Below, one piece after another: positions 9,079 through 16,790 of a DNA stretch of 29,649 nucleotides. Origin of the DNA: Candidatus Latescibacterota bacterium (GTDB lineage Bacteria > Latescibacterota > UBA2968 > GCA-2709665). The DNA lies in NCBI GenBank assembly GCA_963662665.2, contig CAXXJS010000041.1:1-29649 (forward strand). The letters are read 5' to 3'. Positions within the stretch are counted from its first letter, which is position 1, and each line of letters starts with the position of its first letter. A program made the translations under genes and the position numbers. The notes beneath the pieces were generated by a model that had not been told where the DNA came from, did no database searches, and saw only the letters and a list, made by a program, of their open reading frames with translations.

Positions 9079-9698
9079 GGCGCCGGTGTCCGATCGACGG
9101 GGAAGCGCCCGCGTACGAAAACGTAACCGACGCCCAGGGGCACAAGAAACCACGCCATTTGCAGCGTGCCCGTCGCTGTTCCTGCCTGCCCGAACGCCCC
9201 GCAGAGGATCAGAATGTTGCAAACGCAAGCCGGTGCGGGTGGAGCACTGGAGACGCTGATCCTCTGGAGGAGACGATCGAACCGCGCGGGGCGTATATTC
9301 TTGAAGTGGTTTCCGACGAGGATGGCGGCAAGTGAAAGCAGGCCGGCAAAAAGGTTCGCCCCGCGGTCTATCCACCCGAGGCCGATGCCCAGCAACAGGA
9401 AATGGCTGTATCCGAACAGGAGGACCGCGCCGTTTCGGAACGGATCGTAAAGGCCGATGTCCTTCAATTGGCGTACACGGCTTTTGTCAACATAGGGGAT
9501 CAGACGAAAGAAGATATAGACGAGAGTCATTGCGCCGGGATGAAGAAAAATGCCTACGCGTTTCTTCATCTCAGCGTCGATCCGTCCGAACGCGTCCCAG
9601 TGTACCGGAATCCGTTCCGGTAAATGGTCGTACGTCAGATAGCTCGCCACAAGCGAAAGCAGTATGGCGGCAATGGGATCCCGTTGAAGGACGCTCAT
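9075..9698 (-). CDS. DUF1648 / SdpI-like membrane protein
   Basis: YDHLPERIPVHWDAFGRID motif followed by several TM helices. ATG 9698 was chosen because upstream in-frame starts lie inside the MITE. Confidence 0.75.
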   Translation of the reverse strand: MSVLQRDPIAAILLSLVASYLTYDHLPERIPVHWDAFGRIDAEMKKRVGIFLHPGAMTLVYIFFRLIPYVDKSRVRQLKDIGLYDPFRNGAVLLFGYSHFLLLGIGLGWIDRGANLFAGLLSLAAILVGNHFKNIRPARFDRLLQRISVSSAPPAPACVCNILILCGAFGQAGTATGTLQMAWFLVPLGVGYVFVRGRFPVDRTPAP

Positions 9699-9719
9699 AC
9701 CAGGCAAACGGAGGGTTAG

Positions 9720-9880
9720 CAGTCCGTTGAAAAAGTCGCTCTGCAGGCGAGGCCGAGTCATTGTGGCCGAAGGCAAGGCGCGCAACCGAGTCGAATCGAG
9801 CGATTCGGCGAGGGAGCGCAACGTACGTATTTCGACCGCAAGGGCCGGCCGTAGCCCGGATGGACTTTTTCAACGGGCTG
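9720..9880. mobile_element. MITE (161 bp), IS5-like target signature
   Basis: Terminal inverted repeats CAGTCCGTTGAAAAAGTC (9720-9737) and GACTTTTTCAACGGGCTG (9863-9880) match at 17/18 and are flanked by the direct repeat TTAG (9716-9719, 9881-9884). No transposase is encoded. Confidence 0.8.
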
Positions 9881-10042
9881 TTAGGGGAGTTTTAGAAGCT
9901 GGCCGGGGATGCAGGGCCGAAAGTCGCGTGCCGCACCGGGAAAAGTACTGTCAGACTGAGTTCGGGGAGTCGGCGGCCGGCAGGGCAGGCGCCGAAGACA
10001 GTCAATGGACACAACAGTGGCGGGTGAACCGAAAGTCTCAGG

Positions 10043-10071
10043 ATTATACCGGGATTTCCGGCACTTGTCAA
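10043..10071 (-). promoter_or_regulatory. Perfect consensus sigma70 promoter
   Basis: Minus strand reads TTGACA-agtgccggaaatcccgg (17 nt)-TATAAT. Confidence 0.8.
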
Positions 10072-10154
10072 GGTATTCGCGGATAAGCGGATCCGGAACG
10101 ATTTGTGGTTATCGGGAAGGTTGTCGAATCAAACACTGAAATGGAGGCGGACGG

Positions 10155-11786
10155 TTGAAACGGACGATTATCATATTCTGTTGCCTTGTCCTTTGGAACG
10201 AAGGTGCGGCTGCCAGGGATTTTCTGGCGGAGATCGGCGACCATGGGGCTCGTGGTCGAGGCGATTCCGTGCTGGTCACGGCGCGGATGTTCGCAGAGAC
10301 GTTTCCGGATAGCGCAAATGCTCTTGGGGTTCTCGGCATGGTATTCGCTCAGATGGGACAGGCGAATGACGCAATCGGGGCATTTGAAAAGGCGATCGAG
10401 TTAGGGCCGAAATTGGATGGGCCTTACGACGCGCTTTTCAGGATTCATGTGCAACTTAACAATGGACGTGAGGCGTTGGCGGTGTTGAATGAAGGATTGC
10501 GTCAGATTCCGAATTCCGTCCTCTTGCTGAAGGACAGGGCAATGTTGTATCAGGAGGCCGGAAATCCGGGGCTGGCGGTGCAGGACCTCAGGGCTGCGAT
10601 TTCCGTGGATCCTCACAATATCGACGCGTACCAGTCCCTGGCGGCGTTGCACGTCGCGCTCAAGGACCCCAATAAAGCGCTTTCAGTTTTCGACCAGGGA
10701 TTGAAGGACAACCCTGAGAGCGTCGTCTTGATGATCAATCAGGGGCAGATCTACGGGGCCTTGGGTAAACCTCAGGATGCGAATCAGCTGTACCAACGGG
10801 CGATACTGGTTCTAGAAAGGGAATTGAAGGAGAAACCGAACGACGTTTCCCTGCTGGTGAACAAGGGTGCCATCTACCATTCGATGCGGCAAAGCAAGGA
10901 AGCTTTCGCCGCTTACCGGCAGGCGGTCTCCGTGGCGCCGGACGATCCCGAGGTGCACCGATCCATGGGTCAGATGGCGGCCGAGGTGGACTCACTGGAC
11001 GTCGCCCGGGAGGCGTGGGAGAATGTGGCACGGTTGGTTCCGGGCGATCTGGATACGCGGTCCGCGCTTGCCCGGCTGTATACGATTCAGAAGAGCTGGG
11101 ACCGGGCCCTGGAAGAGTATCGTCTGATTATGGAAATAGCTCCCGAGGCGGAACGGGCGCGCATCCAGTATGGCATCGCTCAGGTCTTTCTGCAGAAAGG
11201 AGACGCCGAACAGGCGAAGAAAGCGCTGGAGGAGACTATTCAATTGAACCCGGAGGTTATGGAGCCCTACGGAGACCTCGCCTTGATCTATGCGGGACAG
11301 CAGGACCTCGATTCGGCCATTGATGTGTATAACAGGGCATTGGCGGTGGATTCGACCAATGCGGGCGTGCACTACAATATAGGCCTTGCCCATACGTCAA
11401 AGCGGGAGTTTGACATGGCGGCGCAAGCCTTTTCAAAGGCCATTGCCTTCAGTCCGAACGAAGAGATCGAACGGGCGGCACAGATGAAGATTGACGAGAT
11501 TGAGGGGATACAGTCCGGTAAGCTCTGGGTATATCACATTCTGGTGGAAACTGAAGCGGTGGCGCAGGAAGTACTCCAGAAACTGAGGTCGGGTGAGGAT
11601 TTCAGGGAACTCGCCCGTGAACACTCCAATGATTCTTCAGCGGAGATCGGGGGCGACCTGGGGTTTTTTTCTCCGGGCGATCTGAATCCAGCATTTGAGG
11701 AAGCGGTGCTGAAATTGCAGGTGGGTGAGACCAGCGGGGTCGTTCAGACGCCGCTGGGATATCACATTATCAGGCGGCTGAACTGA
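10155..11786 (+). CDS. Secreted TPR-repeat protein with C-terminal parvulin (rotamase) PPIase domain
   Basis: GGAGG RBS and TTG start; signal peptide; about 10 TPRs; HILV...GEDFRELAREHSND..GGDLGFF...AFEEAV...SGVVQTPLGYHII. Confidence 0.9.
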   Translation: MKRTIIIFCCLVLWNEGAAARDFLAEIGDHGARGRGDSVLVTARMFAETFPDSANALGVLGMVFAQMGQANDAIGAFEKAIELGPKLDGPYDALFRIHVQLNNGREALAVLNEGLRQIPNSVLLLKDRAMLYQEAGNPGLAVQDLRAAISVDPHNIDAYQSLAALHVALKDPNKALSVFDQGLKDNPESVVLMINQGQIYGALGKPQDANQLYQRAILVLERELKEKPNDVSLLVNKGAIYHSMRQSKEAFAAYRQAVSVAPDDPEVHRSMGQMAAEVDSLDVAREAWENVARLVPGDLDTRSALARLYTIQKSWDRALEEYRLIMEIAPEAERARIQYGIAQVFLQKGDAEQAKKALEETIQLNPEVMEPYGDLALIYAGQQDLDSAIDVYNRALAVDSTNAGVHYNIGLAHTSKREFDMAAQAFSKAIAFSPNEEIERAAQMKIDEIEGIQSGKLWVYHILVETEAVAQEVLQKLRSGEDFRELAREHSNDSSAEIGGDLGFFSPGDLNPAFEEAVLKLQVGETSGVVQTPLGYHIIRRLN

Positions 11787-13042
11787 TGGCTGCGCGTTTC
11801 GCACAAATGGGCGGCGAGGCTGGTGTATCGTCGCCCGTTTTGTACGTCGGTAAGGGCGAAAAGAGGGTCAAGGTGCTATTCCTGACGGGATGTACGGGGC
11901 GGGGAGGCGCGGGGAACAGCCTCTTTTATCTTTTGAAACATATCGATCCTTCGATGTTCGAGCCCCTGGTCGTAATGCCAAACGAAGGCGTGTTGAAGCG
12001 CAGGCTTGTGGAAAACCGGATCCGATACCGAATTGAACCCCGTCTGAAGGAACGTCTGGCGGAGATGCGGTTCCGGAGACAGACCCGAGTCTGCAGAATC
12101 GCGTCGGTGGTTCTGAATGCCATCGACAGCGTGCGGTTTACGTTCGATCTGATTCGCCTGATCCCGCAAGAGCGTGTTGCGTTGATCTATTGCAACCAGA
12201 TGATGGTGAAACTCATGGGCACCGTGGCCGGAATGGTGTGCGGCACTCCGGTCGTCTGGCACTGCCGCACGCTTTACGGAAAATCCTTCAGGGGCTGGTT
12301 TTTCGACGGGCTCGCGCGGTCTGTTACCGTGAGGAGAATTGTCGCGGTTTCCGAGGCGTGCGCCGGAAATTTCCCGTCGGCTGAAGAGAAGGTACGTGTC
12401 GTATACAACGGCGCGGACCTGGTCAGTTTCGACCCGGACAGCGTTCAGGGGTGTCTCCGTGGCAGGTACCGAATCGGACCGGACGAAGTGGTACTTGGCT
12501 TTGTCGGCCGTATTGTCGCATGGAAGGGAATCGATACCCTGCTGTCTGCGATGGAGCTTGTCCTGGCCCGGCGTAAGGACGTGGTTCTCGTGGTTGTCGG
12601 AGGGAGCCCGCAGCGGTCGTTTAATCTGCTGGATCACTATCGTCGCAACGTGGCCAACGGGCGGTATTGTGGCAGGGTCGTGTTTACAGGATTCCGTACC
12701 GACGTTAGACCATATTTGAAGGATATGGATGTCACCCTTGTCCCGTCGGTGGCCCCCGACCCCTGTCCTCGAAGCGTCATCGAATCTCTGGCATTGGGCA
12801 CTCCGGTGGTTGGGTCTGCGATTGGCGGCGTTCCTGAACTGATCCGCGATGGATACAACGGATTTCTGGTGAAGCCGAACGACGTGGCCGGCTTGGCTGA
12901 CACGATCCTCAGGGTGATTGAGAATAGGGAATTGCGAGAACGTATGGGTTCGGCCGCTCGGGTTTCAGCGGTTCAACGCCACGACGCAGTCGAAGTAGCC
13001 CGGCGCGTGCAGTCCATTATGTTTGAGGCCCTGCGTCATTAG
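11786..13042 (+). CDS. Glycosyltransferase family 4 (GT-B)
   Basis: GGAG, VYNG, FVGRIVAWKG, FTGFRTDV, DPCPRSVIES (D/E-x7-E), GGVPELI; TGATG overlap with the upstream gene. The start could be later (about 11872). Confidence 0.9.
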   Translation: MAARFAQMGGEAGVSSPVLYVGKGEKRVKVLFLTGCTGRGGAGNSLFYLLKHIDPSMFEPLVVMPNEGVLKRRLVENRIRYRIEPRLKERLAEMRFRRQTRVCRIASVVLNAIDSVRFTFDLIRLIPQERVALIYCNQMMVKLMGTVAGMVCGTPVVWHCRTLYGKSFRGWFFDGLARSVTVRRIVAVSEACAGNFPSAEEKVRVVYNGADLVSFDPDSVQGCLRGRYRIGPDEVVLGFVGRIVAWKGIDTLLSAMELVLARRKDVVLVVVGGSPQRSFNLLDHYRRNVANGRYCGRVVFTGFRTDVRPYLKDMDVTLVPSVAPDPCPRSVIESLALGTPVVGSAIGGVPELIRDGYNGFLVKPNDVAGLADTILRVIENRELRERMGSAARVSAVQRHDAVEVARRVQSIMFEALRH

Positions 13043-13213
13043 ACATGTGCCGGAGATTCACTCTTCGGTGGCACGGCATTCGCTGTTAATATACAGATTA
13101 TGCAATCGAAAAAACCGGCTCGAATGAAATTATCTTTAATATATACAAGTATTTTTCTGGATTTTTTGCATAAACTGACGCGCCGAAAAACCGGGAGGGC
13201 GACGGGAGATGTG

Positions 13214-13242
13214 TTGCAAATTTCCCACACGTGTGGTAAAAT
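13214..13242 (+). promoter_or_regulatory. Putative sigma70 promoter (extended -10) at the head of the TolC cluster
   Basis: TTGCAA-17 nt-TAAAAT with TG-n before the -10, and an AT-rich upstream tract. Confidence 0.5.
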
Positions 13243-14593
13243 GTCACAGCGGTTTTTGCTTCCCGTTTCAACTGTGCTGATCTGCGTGATGGGGATAGGA
13301 ATCCGTCCATGTTACCCGGGATCCGGACACGGTCGATACGATCTGACCTCGTGCGTACGGATGGCACTCGTGTCAAGTCCGTCGATACTGGCCGCCAATG
13401 CAGATCTGGAGATCGCTGAGAATAGGCTCAGGCAGGTACATGCGGCTCGATTTCTTCCTCGATTGGATCTGTCGTTGACGTTAGGCCCCTCGCCGGAAGC
13501 CCGGGGGGACGCCATTACAGGGGTCAGTAATTGGCGGCAGATAAGTGTGTTTACGAGAACCGAACTTTCGCTGGTTCAGCCACTCTTCACCTTCGGAAAG
13601 CTCGATGCAGCGGTAGAAGCGGCATCAGGCGGGATCGGCGCGCAGCGCGCCGGACTTGAGAGGTCCCGATTCGACTTGGAGCAGCAGGTCGCCAGGGCCT
13701 ACTATCTGCTGCTATTGGCAAATCAGCTTCGGGCCCTGGCACATGAGTCCCGGGCGGAGATCGACCGGGCACGTCGAACGATCGCGGAAAAGCTGGAAGC
13801 CGATACGGGGGATTTTACGTATACGGATCTGCATCGTCTTGACAGGTTTGTGTACGACGTGGAGGAAAATGTAAACAAGGTTGTCAAGAGTCAGGCACTC
13901 GCACGTTCGGCGCTCCGAATTCTCATCGGACTTTCTCAGTCCGATTCTCTTGTTCTCGCCGACGGAAGTCTGAAGCCGGTTGACGTTCAGATCCGTCCAC
14001 TGGAGCATTATCGGTCGCTTGTCGACGGGCGACCGGACCTGGGTCAGCTTCGTGAAGGGCTGCGGGTTCGGTCGGCACAGGCGCGTGCCGTCCGAACCGA
14101 CCTGTTTCCGCAGGTTTTTCTGGCCGGGCGGTTCAAATACGGGTTTGCGCCGAACAGGGACCGCCAGCGGAACCCGTTTCTGAAAGACGAGTTCAACGTG
14201 ACAGAGTTGGGCGCCGTGCTTGGCTTCCGGCAGTCACTGTCATTCGCGAGTACGAGAGCGAAGGTTAAGGAAGCCCGTCTGGCCTACGAAAAACTCAGCT
14301 ATCAGGCGCAACTGGCAGTACAGGGCGCCCGGCTGGAGATCGAACACGCCTATCGGTCGCTCATTGAGGCGGAAGCTAACATCGGGGCGGCGCGAAAGGC
14401 CCGACGCGCCACGAGGCGGTGGTTTGTTTCGGCGAGAGATGGGTTTAATGCGGGGTTGGAGGAGGCGGGCGAGATGGTCGATGCAGTCAAGGAATACAGC
14501 ATTATCCGCGCCAAGTACTATCAGTCGGTGTTGGAGTTTAATCTGGCCTGGGTCGCATTAAGGCGCGCAACGGGAAATTCGATTCTGAAGTAA
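13241..14593 (+). CDS. TolC-family outer-membrane efflux protein
   Basis: Two OEP repeats (FLPRLDL..QPLFTFGK; RPDL..LFPQVFL); VARAYY helix; ends ALRRATG. Start uncertain (13241 or somewhat later). Confidence 0.85.
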   Translation: MSQRFLLPVSTVLICVMGIGIRPCYPGSGHGRYDLTSCVRMALVSSPSILAANADLEIAENRLRQVHAARFLPRLDLSLTLGPSPEARGDAITGVSNWRQISVFTRTELSLVQPLFTFGKLDAAVEAASGGIGAQRAGLERSRFDLEQQVARAYYLLLLANQLRALAHESRAEIDRARRTIAEKLEADTGDFTYTDLHRLDRFVYDVEENVNKVVKSQALARSALRILIGLSQSDSLVLADGSLKPVDVQIRPLEHYRSLVDGRPDLGQLREGLRVRSAQARAVRTDLFPQVFLAGRFKYGFAPNRDRQRNPFLKDEFNVTELGAVLGFRQSLSFASTRAKVKEARLAYEKLSYQAQLAVQGARLEIEHAYRSLIEAEANIGAARKARRATRRWFVSARDGFNAGLEEAGEMVDAVKEYSIIRAKYYQSVLEFNLAWVALRRATGNSILK

Positions 14594-14608
14594 CAGGGGG
14601 AGGGCGTC

Positions 14609-16048
14609 ATGGTAAGTAAGGCAGTGATAATTGCTGCCGGTATGGGTAGTCGCCTGAACGGGCACGGTTACGGTCAGCCAAAGCCGCTGGTGAAAGTGGC
14701 CGGCGTCGGATTGCTGAAGCGGGCTATATTGACCTCGAAACGGGCCGGTATTGTCGAGTTTGCCATTGTTATCGGACATCGAGGCGATGAGATACGCGAA
14801 GCCATTGAAGGCGATCCGCAGATCGACGTGTACATAGATTGGATTGAAAACCCGGAATGGACGCGTGGCAACGGCCTTTCCGTCCTCAAAGCCCGGGATC
14901 GGGTGGAGGGTCCGTTTCTTCTGCTGATGGCGGACCACCTGTTCGAACCGGAGGTAATCACCCGTATGCGGCGCCTGTTACTGAGCACCGGCGAATCGGC
15001 GCTTTGCGTTGACACCCGGCTTGACCGGATTCAGGATCTGGACGATGCAACCAAAGTCGTCCTGGATGGCGAACGGATTCTGCAGATAGGCAAATCGCTG
15101 GGCCGATATGACGCGGTGGATACCGGCATATTTCTCTGCAGCCCGGCGCTGTTTGACGGGCTTGAGCATTCTGTCGCCAATGGTGACGAAACGCTCTCGG
15201 GGGGTGTCCGTGTGCTGGCATCGCGAGGAGACATGCGGGCAGTGGAAATCGACGGCCTGTTCTGGCAGGACGTGGATACCCCGGAAGCATTGCTCCAGGG
15301 AGAACGGGCGTTGTTCGGCCGGTTGGGCAAGCCGACCGACGGGATTGTCTCGCGCAATTTCAACCGGAAGATCTCCTCCTGGATTTCCAGACTATTGGTA
15401 AGAACGCCGGTGACGCCCAATCAGATATCGATCGCTACGATGCTGGTGACCTTTCTTGCCGGCTGGGCGGTGGCGGAAGGTGGCCATTTCCACGTGGCGG
15501 TGGGGGGACTGCTGTTCCAGTTCGCTTCAATTGTGGATGGGTGCGACGGGGAGATCGCCAAGCTCAAGTTTGCAGGGTCGCGCCTTGGGGAATGGTTGGA
15601 TACGGTGGCGGACAACGTGTCCTATCTGGCTTTTTTTTCCGGTGTCATCTACGGCATGTACAAATTGACAGGCGAACAGGTCATGGTCGCCCTGGGATTC
15701 ATAGCCCTCGCCCTGGACGTACTGGCGGTTCTGCTCATCTGCGTGTACCTCAAGCAGAGTGGGTCGGGCAGTATTGTGAGCTTCAATATGGGTTTTTCCA
15801 GCGAGGTTCCCGAAGAGCGCCGCGGACATTTGCACCGGATCTATTGCGGACTCAAGTTCGCTTGCCGTCGAGACTTCTTTGCGGCTTTGTTCTGTGTCCT
15901 TGCGGTATTGAATTGCCTGGAAGCGATCTACTGGATCTTTGTACTCGGTTCCGGACTGGTAGTAAGCGCAATTTTCGGGTTTATCGGTCATATTATGAGA
16001 ACCCGCACGGCAGAGGCGGACAAACTGATCTCGGGAAAGGCGGATTGA
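14609..16048 (+). CDS. Bifunctional NTP-transferase (IPCT-like cytidylyltransferase) / CDP-alcohol phosphotransferase (DIPPS-like)
   Basis: N-terminal IIAAGMGSRL..PKPL, GNGLS, MADH, DATKV, VDTGIF, WQDVDT; C-terminal DGIVSRNFNRKIS, TPNQIS, DGCDGEIAK..GEWLDTVAD; GGGGGAGG RBS. Confidence 0.9.
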   Translation: MVSKAVIIAAGMGSRLNGHGYGQPKPLVKVAGVGLLKRAILTSKRAGIVEFAIVIGHRGDEIREAIEGDPQIDVYIDWIENPEWTRGNGLSVLKARDRVEGPFLLLMADHLFEPEVITRMRRLLLSTGESALCVDTRLDRIQDLDDATKVVLDGERILQIGKSLGRYDAVDTGIFLCSPALFDGLEHSVANGDETLSGGVRVLASRGDMRAVEIDGLFWQDVDTPEALLQGERALFGRLGKPTDGIVSRNFNRKISSWISRLLVRTPVTPNQISIATMLVTFLAGWAVAEGGHFHVAVGGLLFQFASIVDGCDGEIAKLKFAGSRLGEWLDTVADNVSYLAFFSGVIYGMYKLTGEQVMVALGFIALALDVLAVLLICVYLKQSGSGSIVSFNMGFSSEVPEERRGHLHRIYCGLKFACRRDFFAALFCVLAVLNCLEAIYWIFVLGSGLVVSAIFGFIGHIMRTRTAEADKLISGKAD

Positions 16049-16163
16049 TGAGGGAGGTGGATGCAGGGAAACTACCGGAGGAATTGAACGGGTATCGAGC
16101 CGGCCGGAGAGGTGTCCCTTCGCCGGATCGTTTTGTTTCTGAACGCAAAAGGAACTGGAAAAA

Positions 16164-16787
16164 ATGAGAACATTATCATATATTATTGTGTTTTATGCCT
16201 TTGGCGGGTCTATAAGTGAAGGCTTCGCACAAGATGTAGATCAGGCGGTCGTGCTGCTGGAGATAATGAAATCTCGCGACAGGTCAATTAAGGCAATTGT
16301 GAATTCGGAAACCGCGGGAGAAACGGCCGAAGAAAGGGAGAAACTGAGGGCGATCGTCGAAAAAATGTTCGATTTCCACCGGTTCAGCAGGGTCGCCCTG
16401 GGCCGTCACTGGCAGCGGCGCACCGAGGCCGAGAAGGCTGAATTCGTGGACCTGTGCAGGCGTCTGATCGTCAAGAATTACGCGGATCCGAAGCTGTACA
16501 CGAAATCCGAGAAAATCGATTACGTGAGTTCAGGGGTCGACAGCACGGAAGGTGTGGTTCGGACAATCGTCCATTATAAGGATGAGCAGAGCCACATTGA
16601 CTACAAGCTCCACCCCGTCAACGATATGTGGCTGGTATATGATATGGTTATTGACGATCTGAGCGTTGCCAGAAATAATCGATCCCAGTTCTACAAGGAA
16701 ATCCGCAAGTCGTCGTACGAGGGCCTTGTAAGGAAACTCAGAGACAAGCTGAACGAGGACGAGGCAGACGGGAAAGGGAAGGGATGA
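16164..16787 (+). CDS. MlaC/Ttg2D (HpnM-like) periplasmic lipid-binding protein
   Basis: Signal peptide; FDFHRFSRVALGRHW, IDYKL, WLVYDMVIDDLSVARNNRSQF. Confidence 0.88.
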   Translation: MRTLSYIIVFYAFGGSISEGFAQDVDQAVVLLEIMKSRDRSIKAIVNSETAGETAEEREKLRAIVEKMFDFHRFSRVALGRHWQRRTEAEKAEFVDLCRRLIVKNYADPKLYTKSEKIDYVSSGVDSTEGVVRTIVHYKDEQSHIDYKLHPVNDMWLVYDMVIDDLSVARNNRSQFYKEIRKSSYEGLVRKLRDKLNEDEADGKGKG

Positions 16788-16790
16788 TTC

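Noticed and set aside
9571-10086. ORFs 9571..9873 and 9727..10086 as a transposase or other proteins
   Set aside because: They run through the MITE and promoter region and show no DDE or other motifs.
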